Assembly (NCBI GenBank): GCA_964016885.1
Contig: OZ024743.1
Span: forward strand, 215,016,001-215,080,000
Length of the DNA stretch: 64,000 bases
Reading direction: 5' to 3'
DNA from: Eledone cirrhosa
Taxonomy: Eukaryota
The notes beneath the pieces were generated by a model, which had not been told where the DNA came from, did no database searches, and was given only the letters and a program-made list of their open reading frames with translations. Within the stretch, counting starts at the first letter, position 1, and every line of letters begins with the position of its first letter. The position numbers and the translations under genes were made by a program. This document shows, one piece after another, positions 28,361-40,602 of the stretch.

Positions 28361-28545
28361 TAGATACATATACATGTGTAGAATTCATTTGGGAATTTAT
28401 AAAGAGATACCTGGACACACTCTATATACAACGTAAGCCTCCATATGAATAACTCACCCCAATCATTAAAATTACGAAAGAAATCTATTACTACGAATTT
28501 GACTTTTCTCGACTAAATTTGTATTAAATACAACGTTATTATCAA

Positions 28546-28581
<36 letters not shown>

Positions 28582-28591
28582 AACGAGTGGG

Positions 28592-28687
28592 ACCCCGACG
28601 GCTGAGCTCAAGCCGTTTCGACGGCTAATTCTGGACTAAATGAACATCTTTTTCCTGGTATTTGAATAGCCGAGCTTCTCAAGGGGT
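28592..28687 (-). ncRNA. Type I hammerhead ribozyme with U3-A8 variant core and GUC site
   Basis: Minus strand reads ACCCC-TTGAGAA-GCTCGGCTATTC...GAATTAGCCGTC-GAAA-CGGCTTGAGCTCAGCCG-TC-GGGGT; all three stems can pair. Confidence 0.8.
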
Positions 28688-29404
28688 AATTCCATATATG
28701 GTCAAAGTGATTGTCACAGGGATTGGTCAAAAGTTTGTAGTTGAGACATAATAATTCTAAATGGCAATTTGTGGAGGGAAGGGGTAGCTAAACCTGCCAG
28801 TAGGAGAAAGAGGGAGAGGGGGTGGAGGAGACCCATTCATGCGTTGATAGTGCCGGCTACAGCTGGGCGTGAGGTCAAAGAAGATACTAGGGAGGGGGAG
28901 GGGGAGGAAGTCGAAACAGTAAGTAGAACAATAAGGGGTAAATATATAGAAAAATACTGAGAGTGTCAAAAAGCAATTAAATGTAAAAAGAAGATAAACA
29001 ATTTCTGGTTACTATGACCTAAGTCTCTCACTCTAGCCTAGCAATAGTGAGAGACTTAGATCGTAGTGAGAGACTTAGGTCGTAGTAATCAGAAATTGTT
29101 TATTTTCTTTTTACATTTAATTGCTTTTTAACACTCAGTATTTTTCTATATATTTACCCCTTATTGTTCTACTTACTGTTTCGACTTCCTCCTCCTCCTC
29201 CCTAGTATCTTCTTTGACCTCACGCCCAGCTGTAGCCGGCACTATCAACGCATGAATGGGTCTCCTCCACCCCCTCTCCCTCTTTCTCCTACTGGCAGGT
29301 TTAGCAACCACTTCCCTCCACAAATCGCCATTTAGAATTATTATGTCTCAACTACAAACTTTTGACCAATCCCTGTGACAATCACTATTACCATATATGG
29401 AATT

Positions 29405-29500
29405 ACCCCTTGAGAAGCTCGGCTATTCAAATACCAGGATAAAAATGTTCATTTAGTCCAGAATTAGCCGTCGAAACGGCTTGAGATCAGCCGTCGGTGT
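29405..29500 (+). ncRNA. Mirror copy of the U3-A8 hammerhead
   Basis: ACCCC-TTGAGAA-...-GAAA-CGGCTTGAGATCAGCCG-TC-GGTGT, with one stem I mismatch. Confidence 0.72.
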
Positions 29501-29574
29501 CCCACTCTACTACCCTAAGTTTTGAGTACTTTGGTGCGTTATGGTCCACCTTGTTCCTTACCACATATCTTCCG

Positions 29575-29672
<98 letters not shown>

Positions 29673-29859
29673 TGCGTACTAGAAGACAGTGGGCGGACAG
29701 CTTTGAAATTAGTGCTATATATATGCAGTATATGTAGTATTTGAGGACACATGTATTTCTAGTCATTATTTTATTTTACTAATTTTTATTGAACTTCCAT
29801 TTCTGAAAATAACAATGAAAATATCTATGCTTACTAACGAAATTAAAAGGAATGCTGTG

Positions 29860-30770
29860 GTTGTGGCGTCGGAGGCTTAGCATGATGATTTAGAAATGTC
29901 ACGTTTTCTGAAAGCTGCAAGATCTTTTTTCCACAAGATTTGGTGTGAGTTAGAGAAAGAAGATGGAAGTGTATTACATGTATCAAAACGTAAAAAACAT
30001 TCCAATGACTATCCAGGAAAATCAATGAGGTCAATTGCAAACAATGTTGGTGTGTCAGAAAAAAACAATCAGAAATGTTGTGCTTGAAGACATCAGATAC
30101 AAATCTTATGTGATGAGGAGAGGTCGATTCATGTGGGAACAAACAAAAGAAAAGCGTTTAATCACATTCAAAAGATGGTGTGATTTGTTTTTTCTCAGAT
30201 GAGAAACACTTTGACCAGTACAACAAAACTAGCAGAAGAAATGACAAGTGGCTATGTGCAGAACCGTGTGAGGTTCCAATAGTAATAATGCACAGACAAT
30301 TTCCTGCAAGTGTCATTGTTTTGGGTGTTGTTAGCAATGATGGACATATGATGCCTCCTCACTTTTTTCCACAACGCCTTTGGGTGAATGCTGCTGCATA
30401 TACTGAGGTTCTGGATAAATATGTTAAGCCTTGGATCAACAGTGTATGCAATGGAAGGCCTTATGTCTTTCAACAAGATTCTGCGTCATTACACAAGGCT
30501 CAAATGACACAATAATGGATGGCTGACAATTTGCATGATCACATCACCCGCAACATTTGCCTGCATAATTCTCCAGGTCTCAATCCACTGGACTACTATG
30601 CATGGAGCATCGTTGAGGGAAATGTCAATGAACACCCCCATCGCAACACAAATTCTTTGAAAGCCGCCATAATTCGAGTCATGTCCGATATAAACAAGGA
30701 CCACTTAATCCGAGCTTGCAAACGATTTCGAAACGTGTAGAGGCAGTTATTGATGCTTATGGTGATTTTT
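29860..30770 (+). pseudogene. DD37D transposase pseudogene
   Basis: ORFs 29896, 30180 and 30519 join across stops and frameshifts. Confidence 0.85.
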
Positions 30771-30807
30771 TAATGACTGAATTTATTACATTAATTATTT
30801 AGCTTTA

Positions 30808-30990
30808 TGGCAGTGGATTGGCAGTATCGGTAGAGGGTCGGACACCATGCTTTGAGTTACGGCCCTTGCCATTCTGAGTTCAAATCCCGCCGATGTTAAA
30901 TTTGCCTTTCATCCTTACGGGATTGATAAAATAAAGTAACAGTAATGCACTGGGATAATTGCTGGCCTTGTGCCAAAAGTAGAAACAATT
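30808..30990 (+). mobile_element. SINE nested in the maT element
   Basis: 17-bp TSD TTAATTATTTAGCTTTA at 30791-30807 and 30989-31005. Confidence 0.92.
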
Positions 30991-31158
30991 AATTATTTAG
31001 CTTTAAGTTTATGTTATTTTTATAAGAATACAGTTTTGTTTATGTTATTATATAAGCGTTTCTTTAAAACCATAAATCTGTCCTCAAATACCGTCCGCAA
31101 CCTGAATATATGTACAATGATATTAAATAAATGGAAACTATATTTATAAAACAATGTT

Positions 31159-31219
31159 TATTCTATTATATATATTTCAATGTTACCAAAACTTTGGTAC
31201 GCTTTCATCAGATAAAATA
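31159..31219 (-). ncRNA. Type I hammerhead motif (minimal palindromic stem III)
   Basis: Minus strand reads TATTTTAT-CTGATGA-AAGCGTACCAAAGTTTTGGTAACATT-GAAA-TATATA-TA-ATAGAATA: 8-bp stem I, TACCAAA/TTTGGTA in stem II and an AUA site. Confidence 0.72.
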
Positions 31220-31857
31220 CAAAGTTTGTTTTATAAATTTTGACATAACCAAGAAAAGATACCTTAACTGTTCGAGTTTTTCTCGGATAATGAAGGAAAA
31301 GAGAAGAAAATTCAGATATTTCAAAGTATGCAAATGAGGTTGAGGTATAGGGCTGAAACAACGTTTTGTTTTTACGCTATGCAGAATTTAAATAATTAGG
31401 ATATATGTATGTATGAGTAGTACGAAGAAAAAAAAGGAAGAAGAGCTTGTACTTAAAAGTAATTAACAATTTGCGGGAATGGTGGAATATGATTCCAGAA
31501 TTTAAATTTATGAGTTATAATATTGTATATATAATCAATTAGATGATATGAAGTATTATGATTGTAGATTTGTTTCTTATTACATTACAATTAGTTGTAA
31601 GTATATAAATATCTATATAGATTAATAATTGTGCATGTATAAGTATTATAGAAATAGAAATAATTTACAATTATGAAGTGTTTACATTTCTCATATGAGT
31701 TACGAAGTATGTTAATTTTGCATTTTACATAAAAAACAAGTAGTTCAAGTTGTAAGAAGAGAACAATTTGTAGATTTAAATATTTTGCGCCAACATTGAA
31801 AATGTTTTCAGAATATTAAAATTTAGCGAAGTTATATAGTTTATCATGCATATTATA

Positions 31858-32045
31858 TAATTGTTTCTACTTTAGGCACAAGGTCAGCAATTACCCAGTG
31901 CATTACTAGTAACTATTTTATCGACCCCGCAAGGATGAAAGGCAAAGTAAACCTCGGCTGGATTTGAACTCAGACCGTAAAGGGACGTAACTATGCTGGA
32001 AAGCATGGCATCCGACTCTCCACGGATACTGCCAATCCACCACCC
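31858..32045 (-). mobile_element. tRNA-derived SINE, full length
   Basis: Reverse consensus flanked by TATCAT(G/A)CATATTATATAA, a TSD-like duplication. Confidence 0.9.
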
Positions 32046-32569
32046 TCATCTATCATACATATTATATAATAATATAATGTTTATCTTTGCACGATTGAAA
32101 AGGGAAATAAAACTCCAATCTTGTTTGTCAACCGTTAAATTTGATGAATGATTTACTCAGAAAATATATAGAGAAAATTATATATTATTTTGTGTGAGAT
32201 TAATTTCAATTATATAATATTTTAGTCGAAAGATGTATAAAAGATTGAAGATCAATAGAAGAGGAAAAAAGTAATGTGCATTTCGAAGAACTGTCGTAAA
32301 GAGGATAAACTTTCAGAATGTCAATTACAGATTATCAATCTACATCTAAAAATATATATTTAGAGGGGTATTATTAAGAAAATAATGTCAAAAGGTAAAA
32401 ATAGTAAAAAAATTATATTAACAAATAAAGTAATTAATGTCAAATGGTAAAAATAGTAGAAATATTAAAAACATTAAGAAGGAAGATCATTTAAACAAAA
32501 TTAAATTAAAGTTTTAAAGAAAATAGGATCACTTTGAATGTGTATAAGAGATAGTCAAGTGTAATGAAT

Positions 32570-33225
32570 ATCATGAATTAAAAATACTTCTGAAAGTGGA
32601 ATTTTGGCGATGTCTGCAACTAGAAAATAATACTCTTTTAAGATTAATAGAGTTTTGACAGTTAATTATATAAAAATTTTCTTCGATACATAAGTTACAT
32701 AATCTTGAGAAAGCCATATTTCGATATGCAGGTGCTTTAGAAATCGTTCCCCAAGATATTGATTAGTCTATGAATGTGAAAGTGAAGTGGAAGATTTTTT
32801 ATCGGATCTATTAAATGTGTGTTTATGGTTATACCAGGGTTCTTTGAATTTTGTAGAAGTGGCTCCATTATAGTTAAATACTTTGTCTCTAATTTTAACT
32901 GTGCATTTATAAATTACGTTTTTGTCTAAGCAATTATTTTGTAAAGGGCAGTTTGATTTAATTCTACAGTTACATTTTCTTGAGTTGTTGTTGTTCGGAA
33001 CGGTACTATTATTCTGAATATTGTTGTTACAAATATTATTATTGCTATCTTGGTTAGAATGGTTAGGGTTTAAATTTAAGTTGCTATTATTAATTCTATT
33101 TATATTTTGTGCTATGTTCATAGTAGTAGAGTAGGATAGTTTTATAGTGTGTCTGTTAACAGTAGAGAGGTATATGTGGGCTTTAGGAAGATATTTATCT
33201 AGTGCTTTAAAAAATTATTGAATAT
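32570..33225 (-). pseudogene. 5'-truncated Naiad-type PLE: linker + GIY-YIG domain
   Basis: TIKLSYSTT, CNCRIKSNCPLQNNCLDKNVIYKCTV..YNGATSTKFKEPWYNHKHTF..STSLS, CNLCIEE, SSCRHR. Confidence 0.85.
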
Positions 33226-33330
33226 TATACTCCAGAAAAACTGTCGTGTGCTCTGAAACAGTTATAAACATTTATATTTGTTGAATTACCAACAAATTGT
33301 ATAGCCCGTTTGCTTATGTATATATATATA

Positions 33331-33619
<289 letters not shown>

Positions 33620-33627
33620 ATATATAT

Positions 33628-33716
<89 letters not shown>

Positions 33717-33720
33717 TATG

Positions 33721-34000
33721 ATATGAGGCCTGAAAACACTTGTCAACCGGAAAGTGCAAGGTTTTGCACTTTCTTGTTGACAAGTGTTTTTAGGCCTCAT
33801 ATAATGTTACCTTATTTTATCTGATGAGAACACAACTTTTGTCCCAGGATGATGTTGTTTTCGAAATGCGCATGTATGGAACTTCTTTAACCAGCTTTTA
33901 ATTTCTTCTTTAATATATACTCCAGTTCTACAAACTGTTGCGTGCTACTTATCTGATATATGCATAGTTTTATTGTTCTACAATATTACTCACCTTCTAC
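33721..34000 (+). mobile_element. Fold-back insertion with an 82-nt hairpin and a degenerate hammerhead
   Basis: Hairpin at 33721-33802, then TTTTAT-CTGATGA-GAACACAAC...GTTGTTTTC-GAAA-TGCGCA-TGT-ATGGAA (33815-33881). Confidence 0.6.
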
Positions 34001-34223
34001 ATATACATATATATATATCTATATATATACACTCCAAAGAAACGTAAAATGCATTGCACCGTCCCATCGTGTTGATTTTTTCCGTCCACCAATCAGCCAT
34101 CTGACTGATCGTAATACAATGAATTAATTAAGAACATATCTTAGCCTTTTGTTTTTATATTCATTGTTGAAAAGACACATACACAGACTCACATACAAAC
34201 ACACACACACACATACACACACT

Positions 34224-34254
<31 letters not shown>

Positions 34255-36271
34255 CATCGTGGCAGTGAGGAAGAAGTATGTATATGGTTATGTTAAATTG
34301 GGTGAACAATTATTTGTATCTATATTTCTCTGTGTTTGTTAAATCAGATCGATCGATATTTTATATTCAATTGATCAATTTGTTATCGAATATTTTATTA
34401 TTTCATTAACAATTTGAACTGTCCTTTGGGTTTAGAAGTAATTAATATTATGCCTTGATTTGCTGAACATTAAAGTCACGAGGAATCTACATTCAATTCA
34501 TTTGATTTCATTATCAGCATTATTGAATATTATAGTTATCATTCACATAGAAATGGAGTCACATATTTTCAAAATTGTCCGGCTATATTAATGAAATGTT
34601 ATACAAATTGGACTCATGCGTGCCTCATCGAAAATTAAGTTTGTGTATGTGTATTATTGATATTTGACTCTGTGTGATTATGTATGTGTGAGAAAATGCG
34701 CGGTAACGATGTCTCTATTGATATAGTTCCATTTCATTTCACTTAACGATTGTATCAGCTATTCTTCTGCTTAAATTATAAATTGCTTTAAGAGACCATT
34801 TCTAAGAATCTGATGTATTGCCCGTCATGTCCCTCGTAAAATTAATTTTAAACAACACATCGATCCTGAAGTTATTCTACAAAATAATGTTTTCCAAAAT
34901 AATGGAATGATTAGGCTATCGGTACTTCTGGAAATAGATATCGAAAATGAAATGTAGATCGAAACTGCTCGCAAACCGCTAGCTTTGTATAGGGCATGTT
35001 TACATTCGATATATCTAATGCTGTATTTCCAAAATTGCATTCGTTATTAGGGTTGGTGTCTAAAACTAGAGAACATTGAATAACAAAGAAAATAATTATA
35101 ACTCCGTTAAAAATTAGATATGGAAAAAAAATTAGACACTTTTGTTTTAACGACAGAAATGTTTCTCAACATAATAATACAAGTATTAGAAAATAACGGC
35201 ACTAAAAAAAGATTAAGTGAAACAATGTAGATGTGTCTATGTTTTCGGGGGGATCAAATAATAGAGCTATATCTGTGGAAGTGATTCTGGCCAGAGCTAA
35301 ATATTTTAAAAGGAATATGTATTGAAATTGTTAGGGGTTTCCGCAGTGTTTATTTGCCCAGGTAATTATATTAGAGAATTAAACATTGCTTCCCGAAATT
35401 ATTTTGTTGATATAGAAGCGGGTATCGCTTGGTTTGCTAGGAGGTTGATCTTCGCAAGAAAAAGTGAATCTTATCTTTGCTAGAAATATTTAACAAACCA
35501 GAAAGAAACACACATAGATATGTACTCGGGATTTCAAGCATAACTTTAGAAGCTGTGAGACCATTCAAAAGCAAATTTGATTGAGAAGAGCTTAACGATA
35601 TTAAAATTTATTCTATGAAAATCGTTTATCTTGAGGAAGATTAACATTCTATAATAAGCATACTCTATCCTATACTTTGCCCTACATTTGCCAAAAGATA
35701 TAAAAATAATGCTCACGAGCACTTTAGAACTTCAATAAGATCAATGCTAACTGTTATGGAAACAGTTATTTGTGTAGTGTAAATCGTACAATTTTACTTC
35801 TATGCTAGAATCAGATTGCTCTATTGCATCTGTTCTAAAATTTAAAACTGACACCGTGGTAAAACTTAACTGTGACTATTATCCACTTATAAATTTATAG
35901 ATTATGGTGTAACTCGCAGACCTTTAGATTGTAACATATCTTTAACATAGGTCAGTCTACCTGCGTTCTCTAACCTCCATTAGAGATCATTAACGACAGT
36001 TCCCTATTAATTAGCTTAAACTGGCGTTAAGTGCAAGGATAGGTCTATCTAAATTAATCCTTCATCTTCGTGGACACATTTGTATCACTATGACATATAA
36101 ATACATCCGTTCAGCCATAAATAGTGTCCATGATAAAGTACTTCAGAAATATTCTCCTTCCTCAGTTAAAGTTATAAACTGACAAAACTTCATATATACC
36201 TACAACAGCTATACACATAAGATATCATACCGAAATTATTTGCTTTCCTTTATTCCATTTTCTTTTTAGAA

Positions 36272-36355
36272 ATCATCATCATCATCACCATCATCAACAT
36301 CACTATCACCACCACCACCATCATTATCACCATCACCATCATCCTCACCACTACA
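36272..36355. repeat. (CAT/CAC)n trinucleotide repeat
   Basis: Direct inspection. Confidence 0.9.
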
Positions 36356-39069
36356 TTCATGCGAGGTGGAGATAATAGTGAATTGAAACTGACGGTCTCA
36401 AAGAGATGAAGTACTTTAATATCTTAAAGTCAGCCACATTAATCCTCCTCAAGTACTATATGTATTTCGTATCCTAGTTTTGTATTTTATGCAATTCTTG
36501 CAATGGTTATGTCAGTAATTGCCAATAACTGATTTTCATGAAACAGTTATTGCAAACGTTTCTTATGCATTTTCCTCTCATTTATGCCATTTATAATCCT
36601 TTCCTCAACTTTCTCTTACAGCCAGATCTGTCATTCTTCACCCCTTCCCACTTTTCCCAATACTTGATTTGGTTTTAATCTGTCTTTTACATATTTCCCT
36701 CATTGTATGACTGTTCTTTTGTTGTTTCTATAATTGTGAATAATTAAACCCATTCATTAATGTGTTAACAAATAACATTTATAAAGGAATAATTCAGATA
36801 CATATATTTTAACATCCAGAGGAAGCTAATCCGATGACTCTATTTCTCTCTTCGTGTTTCTTCCTTTCAATATTTAGTTTAACTCCTGGGGACGTAGCAC
36901 TTGAATTATGTTATTACATGAAAGAATACATTTAAAATTTGAACCTCAGGGAACCATTACTTTTGCACGAATGTCTATAGAATCGACGTAGCGTATTTCG
37001 AGCTTCAATGATTTTGTATATTTGGTTGTTAAGCTTTATAGAAATAGGAACATGATGTTGGGTTTATTACTTGTGTGTCCGGAAACGAGGAAAGGCAAAG
37101 TCGACACACGTTTATACTTGATACACTTATTATTAATCAGTTATTTGGCAGGGGTCCATCAGCTATGCCCTTTCTGAAAAATCTAACACAAATTGCCGTA
37201 TTGATTCAGTTGTAGAAATGACATTTTATGGTTATAAGTGCCCTATAAATTATTAATTAAGGATTCGCAAAACCAATAAAATGAGTAATTGTTAGTGATT
37301 CTTAGTTCTGATAAGCAGTGATGGAGGCCTTGTTCGAGTAAAACTATGTTAAAATATATTCCCGCCAAGGCAAATTTTCCCTAGTGGTAGTGACTCCTAA
37401 TACCAAATTATCAATAGTTTAGGGTGTAACTTGAGGGTCGTTCTACTGTTATTTATATTAAGCTGCTTTATGATAGGATTCATCTTGTAGGTTCGTAATA
37501 ATTTCAGTCTATTACACAAATTTGAGAAAAGGAATGATGCACAACAAACACTTTAACATGCTGAAGTTATTTTATAAAGTGTTAAAAATTTCTGAAATAT
37601 TTTGCTTTCTATTTCTTTGAAAAATATATTAAACACTATTACTGTATTTGCAACATGCTCCATTTTATATATAATCTCCATTGCATTTGTATTTCTTTCT
37701 TCCATTATAAAAACATGAAATTATTTATTAGCACAGCCACGCATAACTACTTCAATATTCAGCCAGGTAAAAATACAACAATACATAGCAGGACGAAGAG
37801 ATAACAATCCATTATTATTTTAGTGTTTCCCTCTAACGTCTCAGTTACTTTAAAACATTTGCTTTAAAATATAATCTTATTCCTTTGAAGTGCTTGAGAA
37901 ATATTACAGAAATGTATTTTCTGGCAACTTTAAAACTAAATTACATTGCAAAATCCATTATTAGAATGTAATTCCTATAATAGGCTGCCGTAAATGTGTA
38001 CGTATTTTCAAAGAAAATAATCATAATAAACAGACGTAAACGGTAAAAAATTTAGAAATAAATATTTAGGGACATAAATCTAGAAATGCCTAAACAGAAT
38101 TGAAACACTATTCTAAAAAAGACGACGCATCATACTAACCGATTCATGGCATTAGAAAAACAAATACAAGGAGGTTTGTGGTAAGGGTATAATACTTTGA
38201 AATACCTTATGCAGTTTCGATGTCATTTGTATGCAACACTTATTGAACCAAATAATATGAACATGTTATAAAGCCGAAACCATTCCATCATCATTATAAA
38301 TCTTCTCTCTATATGCATATGCTAAATAAAACCCTACCTATTAATATGGCTTTTAATTTAGAATGTGTATTCTACCAGAGAATATTCAAAGATCGCTTTC
38401 GGCAAGTGTTTATCGTGTGTTATCAGAATCATTTTTCCCATGACAAATATATATATATATCTAAGAAGAATCCCTTATTTTCTATACTGTCAAACAGACC
38501 TCACCACTACCAGTTGATGAAGAACGGAAAAATTATTTGATTTGATCTGCCAACAATTTTATTTTAATGTTTACATTTACTAACGCTACTGTTATTTGTC
38601 TCCTTTAATTCCCGACTCACAATTTTGAACTGTTACCACAATCAAGTTTTCATCTCTTCCATTATATCTCCAACCCTCTAATCTCGATTTACCTACGCTT
38701 GTATTTGTTTCCATCGACAACAGTTGTTCGGACTTTGTCTTTCACCACAATTATATAAGGCAGGGAAGATGACAGCAATAGGACAACACACAATTATATG
38801 TATTTTTTCCTGCATATGACTGTCTTTGGTCTGCATTCGGTAACTTAAAAAAACAAACACATTTATTAATTAATAATTCTGTCTGTATTGTTCTTGATGT
38901 ACGCACATATATTAACACTAAGTATTTCCGTTCTTTATCAACTATTTGCTTGTTCGCCACTTATTCATTTCGTACGCAATAGTGATGTTTAAGCTCTGCC
39001 TACTATGACAGAATTGAAGCCACACTCTATGGACATCTGATGAATGGAAACATATATATATATATATAT

Positions 39070-39400
39070 ATATTTGGTCGGCTGTGCTGTGTCCAGGGCG
39101 AAAACCACCCTGTTCATCAGCTACCTTCGAATCCACAATGCCCCTGCATCTCTTCACCAGACACTTAGCATAAGCTTTACCGGGGACGCTTAACAAAGAG
39201 ATCTCTTCGTAATTAGAACAATCTCTCTTGTCTCCCTTTTTTTAAAATTGTGATTATCACTCCCGATTGGCATTCTGCAGATCCAGACAGACTGTCACAC
39301 ACGATTGAGCTAGAGAATACATTCTCTATTTGAAGCTTTTATCATCTCGGGCCGGATTTCATCCTCCCCAGGGGCTTTGTATTGGAGCTCTTTACCCGCT
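39070..39400 (-). pseudogene. RTE-clade LINE reverse transcriptase fragment
   Basis: GEDEIRPEMIK, KKGDKRDCSNY and ISLLSVPGKAYAKCL..EQGGFRPGHSTADQI. Confidence 0.8.
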
Positions 39401-40413
39401 CTTGCGACCTCAGCCTCTTAGAGATTACTCACCGCTGCGAGATGCACCTCGTGTACGTCCGAAGAAGCTCTTGTGATCGGGTTTATGAGATCAGCAAAGT
39501 ATTCTCTCCACCTCAAGAGAAGCACCGCTCTGAAGACAAGAGAAATCCAGACGCCTTCTTGGTAGCAGCTGTGGAGGAGGGCTTCTTATGACGAAGTCGG
39601 CGTTTGATCGTAAACAAAATGCTAAATATGCTAGCTCATTTGCATTTAAGATTCATTTAAACCAAACGTTCTCTCGTCATCCTATCACATAGTCAACTAT
39701 GGAATAATCCATCTAGATTAATTATTAAAGTTGAATATACAATTACCAGAAATGTAATCTATTGAATAGAATATACGATGTGGAATACCTCGAAGATGTT
39801 TAAGAAGTTCGCAGTATATAGTAACAGATTCCTAGCGCAGCAGATGTCTATTGTATTGTATAACTAACAGCCTGATCTCAGGCAGGCTTGTAAAATATAT
39901 TAAGCACTCCAATATCAATCTTCGTAGAAGGCAACATAACCCTCCAAGGTATAATATTGTCCTTTTAAGGAATGCATATAATAGGTTGTGAAAAGAGTAA
40001 CGGCAACTTTATTCCAACATTTCTTTGATCCCGTGATATAGGCAAAGGCATCGATAATTTCCTTACATCTCCTTGCCATGGACATTGCCGGGGAGACTTA
40101 CCAAAGAGAACCTTCTTAAATTGGGACAATTTCTCACGTATTCCTTTTTGAAAATTAGGGATATCACTCACGATTCACATTGTCTAGGTGCATTTGAGTG
40201 GGAAATAGTGTCCAAATCATAGTCTGAAAATGTTCACAAATCGGTGCTTTTAATATAGACACGAGTCAAGACTGGTCGAAACCTATAAAAATCAAAGTTA
40301 TATGTATATATATATATATATAGAATACACAAGAATCAAAGCTATGTTAGAAAATTTAATTGCTGAAAATTGTTTCCTCCAAGCCTAGGCTTGGAGTCTT
40401 AGGAGCATTATTA

Positions 40414-40602
40414 CGGTGGATTGGCAGTATCGGTAGAGGGTCGGACACCATGCTTTCCAGCATAGTTACGTCCCTTTATGATCTGAGTACAAATCCCGCC
40501 GAGGTTGACTTTGCCTTTCATCCTTACGGGGTCGATAAAATAAAGTACCAGTAATGCACTGGGTAATTGCTGGCCTTGTGCCTAAAGTAGAAACAATTAT
40601 TA
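40414..40602 (+). mobile_element. SINE inserted in the inverted pLTR
   Basis: Full consensus with ATTATTA duplicated; absent from the homologous arm at about 43355. Confidence 0.92.

Larger units (their letters stand above)
28578..29577. mobile_element. Fold-back family F, copy B: about 445-bp inverted arms plus a tail, in (AT)n
   Basis: 28586-29032 is inverted to about 29066-29507. The mirrored ORFs 28769+ and 29323- are a by-product of the inversion. Confidence 0.9.
29687..31105 (+). mobile_element. Tc1/mariner-superfamily DNA transposon, DD37D (maT) type, defective
   Basis: FFSDEKHF, YVFQQD and SPGLNPLDYYAW motifs, with 37 residues between the second and third D. The right TIR TGTCCTCAAATACCGTCCGCAACCTG matches the split left end CAGTGGGCGGACAG...GTATTTGAGGACA. 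Confidence 0.85.

Noticed and set aside
28769-29323. Two near-identical 62-63 aa ORFs on opposite strands
   Set aside because: They are a by-product of the inverted repeat and show no domain or coding evidence.
34800-36100. Possible old PLE remnant or host exon
   Set aside because: Motif-like fragments are inconsistent in strand and order, and no supportable ORF or splice pattern was found.
39036-39060. CTGATGA-ATG-GAAA hammerhead-like string
   Set aside because: There is no room for stem II and no convincing stem I.
39600-40230. Possible decayed Neptune-type GIY-YIG on the minus strand
   Set aside because: Only faint fragments (CLIY, TSAALG) are visible, too weak to call without a search.
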